Positions 37,649-49,345 are shown, numbered from the stretch's first letter. The stretch: DNA of 64,000 bases from an uncultured virus (IMG/VR IMGVR_UViG_2841629896_000001) (IMGVR_UViG_2841629896_000001), one strand, 5' to 3'. Numbers and translations are program-made. The notes: generated by a model from the letters alone, not told the origin.

Positions 37649-37831
37649 ATGAACAGTCAAGAATTAAAAAGATATCTTACGAAACATGGTTGCAGTTTTA
37701 CCTCAGGGAAAGGTGGCCATTTGCTTGTAAAACGTGGTTCTAAAAAATCCGTTTTACCTATGCATGGTACGCGGAAAGAATTAGGAACGGGATTAGTTCA
37801 AAAGATTCTTAAAGATCTTGACCTAAGGTAA
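37649..37831 (+). CDS. hicA: HicA toxin
   Basis: GKGGHLLV...VLPMHG.RKELGTGLVQKILKDL. Confidence 0.9.
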   Translation: MNSQELKRYLTKHGCSFTSGKGGHLLVKRGSKKSVLPMHGTRKELGTGLVQKILKDLDLR

Positions 37832-37851
37832 GTCTGAATATGGAGATGTAA

Positions 37852-38274
37852 ATGAAATATGCACTTAAATTTATCAAAGATGACAATGATACTCTTCTTG
37901 TCGTTTCCAAAGACTTTCAAGAATTTATTACCTATGGTAACGACGAAAAAGAGGCTTTGGAACACGCTAAAAATGCCCTTTTAACAGTTATTATGGGGCG
38001 TTTCCAAGATCGAGAAGTTGTCCCTTTTGGAGCTCGTGATGCTGCCTATCCTTTTGTTGAAGTATCTTCATTAGTTATTTTAAAAATTGCAATACACAAC
38101 GCTATGGTTGAAAAGAATTTACGCAAAGCTGATCTTACGCGTCTTTTAAAACTCAATCCAATACAAATTGACCGATTATTGGATTTAAACCACGCAACAA
38201 AATTAGACTCTTTAGAATCCACTCTTATTACTCTTGGCAAAGAAGTTACCATTAGTATCCAAGATGCCGCTTGA
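37852..38274 (+). CDS. hicB: HicB antitoxin
   Basis: FITYGNDEKEALEHAKNAL plus C-terminal HTH. Confidence 0.88.
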   Translation: MKYALKFIKDDNDTLLVVSKDFQEFITYGNDEKEALEHAKNALLTVIMGRFQDREVVPFGARDAAYPFVEVSSLVILKIAIHNAMVEKNLRKADLTRLLKLNPIQIDRLLDLNHATKLDSLESTLITLGKEVTISIQDAA

Positions 38275-38277
38275 AAC

Positions 38278-38820
38278 TTATTGGTTTTGCGTAAAATGTT
38301 TATGGAGCGCATTAAGAGCAACATACAGCGAACCTACAAGATGAGATAGTGATTGATCTTCACTAACAAGATATTGTAATGCGGCATGAAGATTATATTG
38401 ATGGTAAAAACATTGTGCTTCTTTGATAACCCCTTTCATTTCTTCATAACAATGAGTTGCTCTTTCAATCCATCGTTGTTGTGCCTCTTCATTTGATGAA
38501 GGAGTAAAATCATCATAAATTGCATTTGGTAAGGCTTTTGCACAGAGGTAATTATTTCTCACTTCAAGGTATTTTTGTGCTGCATCATACTGATCTTGGT
38601 TAATCACACCTTGCAGATAAAGCCGTCCGATATAGGTAGCGGAAAGCGGATTTTTTGCTTCTTCTATGGTTAAACAGAAGCGTTTGGCACGCATTTCTAT
38701 TGCTAATTTATCAATGGGGTCATGAGGCATTTTTGTCCGTGAGATACGACCGTTGGGTTCTCTGATACATCCCTTAATCCGTGGACGCCCACGTTTTGCA
38801 TGTTTTTTTCTTTTTGTCAT
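38278..38820 (-). CDS. Phage protein, possible late-gene regulator
   Basis: Position at end of early operon; RGRPR basic N-terminus. Confidence 0.45.
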   Translation of the reverse strand: MTKRKKHAKRGRPRIKGCIREPNGRISRTKMPHDPIDKLAIEMRAKRFCLTIEEAKNPLSATYIGRLYLQGVINQDQYDAAQKYLEVRNNYLCAKALPNAIYDDFTPSSNEEAQQRWIERATHCYEEMKGVIKEAQCFYHQYNLHAALQYLVSEDQSLSHLVGSLYVALNALHKHFTQNQ

Positions 38821-38830
38821 ATTTTTTCAA

Positions 38831-39274
38831 TCAGAATGGGACGCTATCATTAAGAGATGCGCTATAATCTTGAGTACCAGAGGCGATAGCATAATTTTGA
38901 GAAGTAATGGGTGAGGGGGTAGATTGCTCTTTCTTTGCATCAAGCAAATACAACTCGCCTTTATATTGAGGCAAAATAATTTCTGTTGTGTAACGGTCAT
39001 GACCATTTTTATCTTGCCATTTACGGGTTTGTAATTTGCCTTCTACATAAACCTTTGAACCTTTGTTTAGATATTGAAGTGCTATTTTTGCCAAATGCGG
39101 ATTAAAAACCACTACGGAGTGCCATTCAGTTTTCTCTACTTTTTGGTGCGTGTTTTTATCCGTATAGCTTTCAGAAGTAGCCAACCTAAAATTGACTATT
39201 TCAGCTCCAGAAGTCATCGTTTTGCTTTCGGGATCTGCCCCTAAATAGCCCATTAAGATCACTTTATTCAACAT
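38831..39274 (-). CDS. ssb: Single-stranded DNA-binding protein
   Basis: [35 protein letters not shown]-terminal DSVPF. Confidence 0.95.
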   Translation of the reverse strand: MLNKVILMGYLGADPESKTMTSGAEIVNFRLATSESYTDKNTHQKVEKTEWHSVVVFNPHLAKIALQYLNKGSKVYVEGKLQTRKWQDKNGHDRYTTEIILPQYKGELYLLDAKKEQSTPSPITSQNYAIASGTQDYSASLNDSVPF

Positions 39275-39415
39275 GTTTTTTGTTACCTTAAGTTTGTGTT
39301 TAAATATGTAAAAAAACTAGTATAATTTTATTATTTTTTCAATTATTTCAAAATGATATTATTAATTATTAACATATAACATTATGTTTTACGGCATACC
39401 TATACGATAAGGAGA

Positions 39416-39811
39416 TCAAGGTAATTTATTTTGCTGTTTCTTTTCTATTTTCTTCATGAATTCCTTGAATTCTGTTAGATCTTTTTGTGAAAGGCACTTA
39501 AAATTTCTAACAAACGGGTTAGGCATTTCATGGTTAAGTGGATCAGAAGAGTTTATTGTAAAATTCTTGCGATAAATATCAGCTTCTTGTTTTAAGAGAG
39601 AAGCCATATCTTGATCTAAATCGTATAATTCTATGACCTTTTCTTCCATACCAACGGGCACAGATTTTTTGCCAATCTCGACAGAAGATAAAAACGCTAC
39701 AGATATACCTAATTTCTCAGCCATATCTAATAGACGCTCTGCATGATCTATACGAATTTTACGTAAGGTTTTGCCAAATGGTGTAAGCATTTGATTAAAG
39801 CTCCTATTCAC
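39416..39811 (-). CDS. XRE-family HTH regulator
   Basis: FGKTLRKIR...MAEKLGISVAFLSSVEIGK. Confidence 0.85.
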   Translation of the reverse strand: MNRSFNQMLTPFGKTLRKIRIDHAERLLDMAEKLGISVAFLSSVEIGKKSVPVGMEEKVIELYDLDQDMASLLKQEADIYRKNFTINSSDPLNHEMPNPFVRNFKCLSQKDLTEFKEFMKKIEKKQQNKLP

Positions 39812-39815
39812 GCAA

Positions 39816-40688
39816 TCAAGCTGCTTTGAGAAGTGATATTGTGTTCTTTTCTAAGAATTGAGGCATTTTGATTTTAGGCGAAAAAATCATCAGTTCAGTA
39901 GCTTGCCTTTTCTCCTGTAGAGAATACTGTATGTTGAATTCTACTAAGGGATATTTTCTGTACAAAGATTTAATTTCTTCTACATTATCATAGGTGATCA
40001 ACCAGGGCGCATTCACATGTTGGGAAAGGGTATTTTCTAATACCTGATGATCGTTAGCTTGATAAAATGAAGCATATAATCCTCGTCCTTTTTTAAAATA
40101 AGGAGGGTCCATATAAAAGAAAATATTTTCATCTTTATCTGTCCCATAACGTAGCAAAAACTCTCGTGCATCTAACCATGTTAAATGTATCCTATCTTTG
40201 TGCGTACTTATGCGAAGAATGCGTTCAATGATGTTTTTTTTGTTAAATCGGCAATTTATTTTATAATTGCCATTTTGTCCTTTGCCTCCAATTGGACCAG
40301 AATTTTTAATAATTCCAGATCGATTTGTACGATTTAAAAAGAGTGCAGCAAATCCTAGGCTAAGTACATCTGCTTGTTCAGAAGAAATTTCTTTTTGTTT
40401 ATACCATTCTTCTAAGCTAACGGCCGTTGTGTTAATTTTTTCTATTAATTCTTCTGTTTTGTGTAAGACACAATGCCAAAAGCTCCAAATGAATGGATCA
40501 ATATCGTTAATATGAATATCTTTAACGTCATTATTCAAAAGAAGCTTGAGCGCAAGCCCACATCCACCAGCAAAAGGTTCCCTATAGGAACATCCATTTA
40601 ATCCATTTTTTTCAAAAATTTCTTTGATTTTTCCATAAAGTATGGCTTTACCGCCTGGATATCTCAATGGTGAGCAGATATGAGTCAT
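39816..40688 (-). CDS. Dam/D12-family DNA adenine methyltransferase
   Basis: SPLRYPGGK, EPFAGG, YMDPPY. Confidence 0.9.
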   Translation of the reverse strand: MTHICSPLRYPGGKAILYGKIKEIFEKNGLNGCSYREPFAGGCGLALKLLLNNDVKDIHINDIDPFIWSFWHCVLHKTEELIEKINTTAVSLEEWYKQKEISSEQADVLSLGFAALFLNRTNRSGIIKNSGPIGGKGQNGNYKINCRFNKKNIIERILRISTHKDRIHLTWLDAREFLLRYGTDKDENIFFYMDPPYFKKGRGLYASFYQANDHQVLENTLSQHVNAPWLITYDNVEEIKSLYRKYPLVEFNIQYSLQEKRQATELMIFSPKIKMPQFLEKNTISLLKAA

Positions 40689-40799
40689 TGCTACACCCCT
40701 TTCAATATGTTTGTGATTTCTTTAGTTGATTTCATTAATAGAGTGTTAAGAAGATACAGCACCGATTAACCTAAAAAGTCTTATAAATTGGAAATTTTG

Positions 40800-41358
40800 C
40801 TATGGCTTTTTAGTACAAGACTGTAGTATGTAGATGGATATATTTATTAAACTGCGTGTACGAAACATAAGAAACAATACACAGCATAAAAAGTAGTACC
40901 AAAGCACAATGTCTAAATACCCAAATACGGTATCCAATGAAAAAGAAAACTGGTGTTCCACGTGCTTAGAAGTGACAGGCAAAGAAACAGCCTCTTCATA
41001 ACTATTTGGAAAAATTAAAACGACAAGTGCTAAAATTATTAGATTTAAAATTCGGTGCATATATTGTTGTAAATCACGTGTTAGGATCCGTTGTATCATC
41101 ATGTTTATATTTTGGATTATTTTGCAATTCAAAAGGAATATGAGAATTGCATAAAATTACAAAAATATTTGTTATTATTATCAAACCAAAAGAGGCAAAT
41201 ATCAAAATACTTTGAATAAAATAGGGATTTTTTTTGATATCTAAAAAGCATAAAAATATAAAAACTATAATGCCAAACAAGGCTCTTAGTTGCTTATCTG
41301 TAAACATTTTCATTTCCTGCGGTTTTCGATAGTTTTTTAATCTCTCTGTTGATGTCAT
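40800..41358 (-). CDS. AT-rich hypothetical membrane protein(s), possibly one frameshifted gene
   Basis: Two overlapping hydrophobic ORFs. Confidence 0.35.
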
Positions 41359-41491
41359 CTATGAGAGGTTCGTAATTAAGAACGCTTTTTGGCAAATTGC
41401 CACCATAAACCCATGCTTTTACTTGCGCTTTGGTGCTAAAATCTGCCTTTTCTGGTATGGTGTAATACTGACCACCGTCAAACTTTTCACA

Positions 41492-41559
41492 CTCTCTTAT
41501 GCCGTCTTCTGCTTGAAAAAAAAAAAAATTTNATNNNTNNNNNNTTNNNNANNNANNNN
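41492..41559 (+). other. Illumina adapter remnant, poly-A and Ns (assembly artefact)
   Basis: TATGCCGTCTTCTGCTTG followed by an A-run matches the TruSeq P7 adapter end. Confidence 0.95.
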
Positions 41560-41803
41560 TTACGGCCGTTGCGATAAACTTTTTTTGCATGGGCTTTTAC
41601 GGTTTATTAAGGATAAATGTTTTAAAATGGGCATGTTTTAATCCTAACTTTACCTATGGGTTTATTTATCTCAAACTTGACCGTACAAGGCGTTTTGTAT
41701 TGCGGATGTGGTTTTCATCATAAAATCTTTAAATCGCTTTGTACGGTACTTTTTTAGCTGTTTAAACCCATATATCTAATCTCAAAACCATCAGCACTTT
41801 TCA

Positions 41804-43294
41804 CTATTTTGCTGTTCTATTAGGTGACGTTAAATACAATTTTACAACTGATGCTTCTAAAAGATCTGCTTTCAAATTTCTGCAATAATCTGCAAGCTCT
41901 GCCCTGTTGGCATAAAGGTTTTGATAACCCCTTTGCTTCTCCACGTATAACGTCCTTAACAGCTCGTTTAAGAGCGTGCTCTCTGCTAACGCTATGCTAT
42001 AGTTCAAAGCGATAACATCAGAGTCTGTATTTGCCGGTATTTTGAGACCAGAAAGCAAATAAGCTGCCGCCCCGATATGTTCAACTGTAACTTGCCGTGA
42101 AAGCAGTGTTTGTAAGCGGTTACAATCTTGCAAAGTTTGCACTTCTTCCTCCTGCGTCAACGGCTTTCCTCTCATAGAGATCCGAGGATACCAACTCCGG
42201 TCCACCCTCTTGCAAGTTCTTTCAAATGAACTGATAGTCTCTGTATTTCTGCTGCATTCTGATCCGTAAGTATCGCCAGCATAGATTGCTGCTTTGAGGT
42301 CACTGAAGCTTTCTGCGAGGTTGCTGGAGAAGTTGTTTGCTGGTTGCTTATAGCGTTCATTCGCATAGCGTTTTTCCCTTTCTTTTTCTCGTTTCTTGGC
42401 TAGCAATCCATATTCTTGGTGTGTAATCCACTTGTACCATGCCTTTTGCCAATCACTTTTTTTAGCATTTCGATTTGGATTATTTTGCCAATGAAGTTTA
42501 AATCTTTCGAATTCTAATAACGCCTCATCATGCGTTAATCCTTTGTCGATTGCGTATTGCAAATTAGGTTCGAAATCATCAGGCAAAAAACACTCGATTA
42601 GCTTTTGACCGCTTGGCTTTTTTGGGAACGCTTGTCTGCTCGTGAATGGGTGGTTGGTTTTCTGATGATGTTTCGATTTGTTCTGATTGGCTTTCAACAG
42701 CATCAACCTCGATTGGTTCGTGAACCAAATCAGTTGTTTCTAAATTTTCAGAACCAATTTCTTTTTTTGCTAATACGATAGTATTAGTTTTTTTATTATA
42801 TATGTTATTGTTATTGTTAATGGCATCATTAAGCATTGCTTGTGCATTGCTAAAATCCCCACAAGCATCATGCTTAGCATCCTTAAGCATACCGTTAGCA
42901 TCATGCTTAGCATTTTTAGCATCACTCATTGTTTTTGCTTTATGATGTTTTTCCCATTTTGCCTGTGCTGCCTTCTTTGCTCTCTCTGAAAATTTATTTA
43001 TATTTTCATTTGAGTTATTGAGTTCTTCCTCAACATCTGAACTCCACAAACGACCATCTTCTAAAGAAATGATGTGCCCAGATCTAAATAAGTAATTTAA
43101 CGCCTTTTCAAATCTTTTACTGAACAACAAGNAANATGAGATAATATTCCTGCATCATTCAAAAGAGGCTCACGCGTGTGTAACATTCTTATCCGTAACT
43201 TCACATAAACATTGACTTCCATAGGTGGTAAATCAGAGAGTTTAAATAGCCACTGGTCTGTATTAAGTCTCGTCCAAGCCAATTTAGTTGACAT
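41804..43294 (-). pseudogene. Phage replication protein(s), DUF1376/YdaU-like N-terminus, apparently frameshifted
   Basis: ORF pieces in several frames; Ns at about 43132-43135; LPDDFEP...EFERFKLHW..DWQKAW motif. Confidence 0.6.
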
Positions 43295-43618
43295 ATTTTA
43301 CCTCCTTTTCTTCATTATTATTAGAGGTAAAATTATCTAGCTCTTCACTGAAGTTATTAAGCTCTTCTTCAACACGCGTATTCCACAATCCGCCATCTAT
43401 CTCAATAAGTTTATCATTTCTCATGAGATATTCGACAATCGTTGCAAATTTTTTCTGCGAACAATTGCAAGCGCGTGCAAGCGTTTGAAAGTCTGTTTTA
43501 ATTGGTGCTTTTTTATCATACATGCGAACGAGAAGCGTCATATAAGCCCCCCTTTGCTCCAATGTCATTCCATCTGTACCACTTATCCAGTCATACAAAT
43601 CTTATCCATGGCATACCA
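43284..43618 (-). CDS. DUF1376/YdaU family protein
   Basis: DWISGTDGMTLEQRGAYMTLL...NTRVEEEL. Confidence 0.7.
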
Positions 43619-44077
43619 TTAGACATGTGCCCCTTCTTTCTTTAAATATAAAATCTGCTTCATTATCATCTTCAGGCGCGTGCCCTTTGCATACATCGCC
43701 TTAATCATTTCTACTTTTGAGGCGTTTCCTTTTCCTGTCGTTGCTTTCTTAATTGTGCTAACAGGAATGCCTTCATACGGTATCTGATGATGTTCACACC
43801 ACGCCGTTAAGGTTGCTAACAAACCGCCCACATGGGCTGCATCAGTACCGATATGCCGGCGTACTTCTTCAAAATACACGGCATCAATGCCGCCTACTGC
43901 CTGCTTTATTTCTGATAGACATCTCTTAAAGCGTAAGTAACGCATACCACCGCCTTCAAAACGACGTGGCTGGAAATTCATGACACCACTGACGATGTGA
44001 CCATCAGCACCACAAATAGCCCAGCCAGTCTTGATACCTAGATCAAGACAGAGAATGGTTCGCGTGTTATTGATCAT
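43619..44077 (-). CDS. RuvC-like Holliday junction resolvase (phage type)
   Basis: ILCLDLGIKTGWA, VYFEEVRRH, TGKGNASK. Confidence 0.8.
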   Translation of the reverse strand: MINNTRTILCLDLGIKTGWAICGADGHIVSGVMNFQPRRFEGGGMRYLRFKRCLSEIKQAVGGIDAVYFEEVRRHIGTDAAHVGGLLATLTAWCEHHQIPYEGIPVSTIKKATTGKGNASKVEMIKAMYAKGTRLKMIMKQILYLKKEGAHV

Positions 44078-44182
44078 AATCCCCCCCTTAGGCTCTACGT
44101 ATTTATATGCGTGCTGTGACAGAGCGCGTAATCATAAGTTTAAAAAAGTGGATTAACTCAATTCAGACGCACACTACACGCA

Positions 44183-44578
44183 TCATTTATTAATTTGATT
44201 TCTTCTTCTTTTTTTGATGAGGTCATCCCTTAAGAAGCCAAGATTACTTTCGACTAAAGCTGTAAACAAAAGTAGCTCATTTAGGCGATGAAAAGATGAC
44301 AAATCTTGAGAAAAATAATTATCAAACCAAGTTGTAAAAGCTTGCGTAAAGGCAGATGAAAACCATTGATTAAAATCATCGTATGGCAATAACGGAAAAT
44401 AATTTATCATCACGCGCAAAATATTTTGCAGTATATAGACAAGATAACCTGTTGATGAGGGATCTATGCAACTTTCACATGTCTGATTAGGCGAGCGAAC
44501 ACCATAATATATGTCTTCACGTCCAATCTTATTAACAAGATTAATCAACTTGACTTTACTTATAGTGATATGGGACAT
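44183..44578 (-). CDS. Hypothetical protein
   Basis: 131-aa ORF downstream of cro. Confidence 0.45.
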   Translation of the reverse strand: MSHITISKVKLINLVNKIGREDIYYGVRSPNQTCESCIDPSSTGYLVYILQNILRVMINYFPLLPYDDFNQWFSSAFTQAFTTWFDNYFSQDLSSFHRLNELLLFTALVESNLGFLRDDLIKKRRRNQINK

Positions 44579-44836
44579 CTATCATCTCTGATCTTTCTTC
44601 TTTAAGCCTGTGAATTATGCTGTGGGTGTTTGTTGTTGTCTGTAGAAGCAATAGTAAAAGCAGGCATAGAACTGTTCTTTAATTGTTGTAGTTTCAGATA
44701 ACTTTTTAATGATAATCCTTTGCCTTGTTCCCAACGACAAACAGAAGCTTGCTTAACGCCTAAAAGGTCTGCTAATTCCTTTTGTGTTAGAGATAAACAC
44801 TTTCGATTTAATCTTTAATTTTTCCTCTGTGCCCAT
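44575..44836 (-). pseudogene. Cro-like HTH, apparently frameshifted
   Basis: Frame containing LTQKELADLLGVKQASVCRWEQG, divergent from CI. Confidence 0.65.
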
Positions 44837-44926
44837 TTGAATTGAATCCATTATTTTTAACCATATACGCAATTGTATACAATTTATTTAAAAAAACAAT
44901 AGATTTTTTTAAATTTAAAATCATAA

Positions 44927-45523
44927 GTGATTATGACAAAAAACATCATTGCTACATTGCAAGTATTGCAATCTGAATTTGGTCTCAGCCAACAAGATCT
45001 TGCAGAGAGATTAAATGTAACCCAAGCAACCATATCAAGATGGTTGGGGGAGTCAGATCCTAGAGGTTCACATAGAGATGCAATTTATAAAAGCTTAAAG
45101 GGCTATAACCAAATTACTACACTCGTTCCTATTATGGGGTATGTAGGAGCAGGACTAGAGATTGATACAGATGTTGAACAAATTCCAGAAGATGGGCTTG
45201 AGACAGTTGAAATACCATTTGATTTACCTTTTGAAGCATTAGGTTTCATGGTTCGTGGAGATTCCATGTATCCTGTGTATAAAGATGGTGATTTAATTGT
45301 AGTTAAACATCTGCAAACAAAGCCAGTAAGCGATTATTATGGTGATGAAGTTGTTGTTCTAACAGAAGATAATAGGCGATTCATCAAACAAATTACTCGT
45401 TCTCTAGAGGGCATTGTACTTAAATCATGGAATGCAGACCCTATTAAAAATGCTAAGATAAAATGGGTTGGAGAAATAGTTGCAATACTACCACGTAAAT
45501 CTTATCGTCCACTTATGAAATAA
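44927..45523 (+). CDS. CI-like repressor (HTH plus S24 peptidase)
   Basis: LSQQDLAERLNVTQATISRW; VGAG cleavage site; VRGDSMYP; FIKQ. Confidence 0.92.
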   Translation: MIMTKNIIATLQVLQSEFGLSQQDLAERLNVTQATISRWLGESDPRGSHRDAIYKSLKGYNQITTLVPIMGYVGAGLEIDTDVEQIPEDGLETVEIPFDLPFEALGFMVRGDSMYPVYKDGDLIVVKHLQTKPVSDYYGDEVVVLTEDNRRFIKQITRSLEGIVLKSWNADPIKNAKIKWVGEIVAILPRKSYRPLMK

Positions 45524-45684
45524 TCCCTATAAAGCTTTTGATTCTATCATTCTAAAGACGATATTTATACAGAAATGCAAAAAAAAAATATTTGTAATTT
45601 TTTCTTGATTTAATTTATACGTTTGCGTAAGTATTATATAAATTAACACAAGCAATTGCCAAGGGGCGTTAGGGAGGAGAAATT

Positions 45685-46060
45685 ATGGAAAAGCCAATTC
45701 TTATAAATTCTAATGAAATTCTCTTAGTCATCTGCGAAGATGAAGATCAAAATCTCGCTAAATATGGACCTTTTTTCGAAGAAAAGGAAGTGATCAAATT
45801 TATCGACCACGTCGATAATGCGGTGGAAATTTTCCGTATCGAACCAACAAATAACCGGTGCGAAGATATCTCTGAAGATGCTGCTGAATTATACCTTAAA
45901 AAAAGAAGAGTGTTTTGAAGGAGGTATCACCCATGATTTTGTTCTACATAGTTCTGCATACGGTGTTTTTTTAGATGATATCAAACGGTGTGAATATGAA
46001 GATGAAATGTACGGTACTTACGAACAACAGCACCGTTTGCGTCCTTGTGATGTGCTTTAA
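45685..46060 (+). pseudogene. Acidic hypothetical protein, paralog of 62665-63036, frameshifted
   Basis: KPILINSNEILLV...YGTYEQQ split over two frames. Confidence 0.65.
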
Positions 46061-46530
46061 AACTCTTAAGGGCGTTTGAAAAGCCCCTTTTCCCATCAAT
46101 AATTGATTAGAGTAAACTTATGAACACACATGATAATGATAGTGAAGGATATCTCATACCTGAAAACGAGGCAGACAATAGTATTGGTTATGGTCAATGC
46201 CCATGTCATGCATAGGTACTTAAATTTAAAACAAGATTTTAATACTTGGTTTAATGATTGTGTTGAAAAGCTTAAAAGAAGGTGTGGATTTTGTTTTACA
46301 AAACAAGAATGGAACAAAAAAAGATTTGTCCAAAATCTGAAATAGAAACAGATAAAACTGATAATCATCACTTCAAAATTCACGCAGCAAAGAAAATCGC
46401 TCAAGAGCGCCATAGAAACTATGGCAGAATATTATACCAAGACTTGTGTTTTTATTAATTTAGGAAGTGATGATGCAGAATTTTATTGGAACATATGAAA
46501 AAAAATACAAGCTTCTTAAAGGAGTCCATT

Positions 46531-47253
46531 ATGCATAATTTTGTCACAACGGCCAAAAGCAATTTTAATAACAAAACTGTTCAAACTATGTCCAGTCGTG
46601 AAATTGCTGAACTATGTGGTAAGCAACATGCACATTATGCGTGATATTAGGCAAATGTTAGGGGAATTATACCCTGAAGAGGGTCAATCCAAATTTGGAT
46701 CCACCTATTTAGACAAACAAGGCAAGCCCCAAAACTGCTACCATCCCCAAACGTGAATGCCTCATCTTAGTTTGGTTACAACATGGCATTACGTGCTAGG
46801 ATTATAGACCGTTGGCAAGAATTGGAAAAGCAAGCAGTAACACCACAAATCGACTATTCAAGTCCAAAAGCTATGATTGGCTTTTTGAATTACCTCCAAG
46901 GGCAAATAGATCAAAAAGACAGCATTATTGAAGATTTAACACCAAAAGCCATGGCACTTGAAAGTTTACAGCGCCATGATGGGCTCTTTGGTCTTACTGA
47001 AGCCGCGAAAATACTCGAGATGCAACCAAAACAATTCATTCAATTTTTACAGCAAAAAGGTTGGATTTACAGNCNGGGCAGCGGGGGAAATTTTCCCCCT
47101 TATAAAAAAAAAACCAAAAAGNAACTGATGGATTGCCCACCCACCACACTCAAAACCGCCAGTGGAATAGAAAAAGTCATTCCTTGCGCAAAAATCACAG
47201 CAAAAGGCATGGGGCTGTTGTCTCAAGAGCTTAAAAGACAAAGCATGCATTAA
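46531..47253 (+). pseudogene. Rha-type plus KilAC antirepressor, frameshifted (no C4-like leader)
   Basis: TMSSREIAELCGKQH; LRARIIDRWQELE; KITAKG. Confidence 0.75.
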
Positions 47254-47265
47254 GAGGAGGGCATT

Positions 47266-48459
47266 ATGATAAAAAAGAAATATAAACTCACTGATGAAAC
47301 AATCAAAGTTGATGGAACAACGCTTTATCGCATACGCGCCTTAAAAGATTTTGATGATGTCAAAGAAGGCGACCTTGGAGTCGAGAGTGAATGGAATCTT
47401 AGCCATGATGATAATTGCTGGGTTGGAGGCAATGCTTGTGTTTATCAAAATGCATATATCTCTGAAAATGCCAAGGTTTATGATGATGCCGAAGTTTATA
47501 ATAACGCAAAGTTCGTGGTAATGCCATAGTAGCCGGAGATACAGCATTTTATGGAAGTGACGCTATTTTAAGGTAGGGGATAAATCATGGAAAAGAAATA
47601 CGAACTTACTGATGAAAGCTGAGTTTAAAGGTAACTCTTCACCGTATCCGCGCTTTAAGAGACTTTGGAGTTAAAAAAGGTAATTTAGGCGGCTTTATAG
47701 AAAATGAAAACAACCTATCGCATCATGGTAATTGCTGGGTAGGTGGTAATGCATCTGTCTTATCTGCTTGCGTTTACGATAATGCTCAAGTTTATGATGA
47801 TGCTGAAGTTTATGGTAGTGCACGAATTAAACATAATGCACATGTTTACGGTTTTGCCGAAGTTTATGGAATGGCAACGGTTTCCGGTAATGCACGTATT
47901 TATGGTAACGCAAAATTTATCGTGATGCGGATATTGATGGCGATAATATCATGTCCACTGGAGAAAAGCATGGTGAAAAATACGAACTGACTGATGAGAC
48001 AATCGAAGTTGATGGAAAACTCTTCACCGAATTAGAGCATTGAGAGACTTTGGAGATGTTAAAAAGGAGATCTAGGTGGTTTTATTGAAAATGAAGGAAA
48101 TCTTAGCCATGAGGGCAATTGTTGGGTAGGTGGTTCATATATCCCTGTGCAACTGGATATGTTTACGGCAATGCCAAGATTTATGAGAATGCTAATGGCA
48201 ATGCACGTGTTTATGACAATGTAGAGGTTTTGGAAATACCTATATTATGGGTCCTGCTCGCATTTATAACAATGTAAAAATTTATGATAATGCTATTATA
48301 TCGGGCTGTTTCGTGGGAAATGTTGAGATTTTTGGAGATGCAAAAGTTTATGAGAATGCTCGTATTTATGACGAAGTTAAGATTTCTCAAAATGCCGAGG
48401 TTTGTGGATTAGCTAATATTAACGGAAACACGAGAATTCCTCAAGATATAAAAATCTAA
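47266..48459 (+). pseudogene. Three tandem hexapeptide-repeat (left-handed beta-helix) genes, frameshifted
   Basis: Starts at about 47266, 47587, 47970; KKYELTDE...RIRAL.DF...NLSH..NCWV plus A.VY.N repeats. Confidence 0.75.
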
Positions 48460-48534
48460 CAACCAAACCAAACAACTTTTAACACAAGCGTGATTCACGC
48501 CACGGGGGAATTGCGCGCAATGGAGGAAAGCAAA

Positions 48535-49344
48535 ATGAATGAACAAAACACGAACTTAACAGAAGTAAACAAAACAAACAATTGTGAAGTCAAATCTACA
48601 GCTATGGAACTTATTTTAGAAAGAGCTTTAGAAAATGATGTCGATCTGGACCGTCTCAAGAGCCTTCTCGAGTTACGAGAAAAGGAGATAGAACGACAAG
48701 AGCGCAAGAATTTTGTCCGTGATCTTTCTATTATGCAAATGGAATATCAAAAAATACATAAAAATGCTACAAACACCCATACAAATAGCCAATATGCTAC
48801 GCTTGATAAATATCTTGATGCCATAAAGGATAGTCTTTCAAAATATCGCTTTTCCTTGTTTTCTCGTATCAAAGAGCAGAATTCAAATGGCATAACTGTA
48901 GAAATGACTTTAAAGCATATATCAGGCAATGAAATATCAACACAAGGAACATTTCCTTTTGACACTACAGGGAGTAAAAATAACATACAAGCAGTTGGTT
49001 CTACAATCACTTACGCACGTAGATATCTCTTAGGTATGCTTCTTAATATTGTGAGTGAAGATGATGGAAACGCTCCTATCAAAAAAGGCATTTCCGCAGC
49101 AAATCAATGAAATCAGAAGACTCATAGTGCAAACCCAATCAGAAGAAGCAAAGGTACTTGATTATGTTAAAGTCAAAAATCTTACGGATATGAGGGACAA
49201 GCCCAAATCGTTTTGCATCTTTTGAAAGATAAACAAAACAAGCAAAAGGCTCCAAAAGAACAATCTCTTCCACAACAAAAGAAGATAGACGCACCTATAC
49301 AAGATATTGAATATGCACCAACACAACAACAAACGGCGGTGTGA
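48535..49344 (+). CDS. ERF-family single-strand annealing protein (frameshift near 49080)
   Basis: YATLD, QAVGSTITYARRY.L...EDD motif. Confidence 0.85.
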
Positions 49345-49345
49345 A

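Noticed and set aside
41294..41641. ORFs containing FFFFQAEDGIR / YAVFCLKKK
   Set aside because: These are translations of Illumina adapter sequence
41804..49344. Mass pseudogenisation of the early region
   Set aside because: Indel pattern and Ns indicate unpolished sequence
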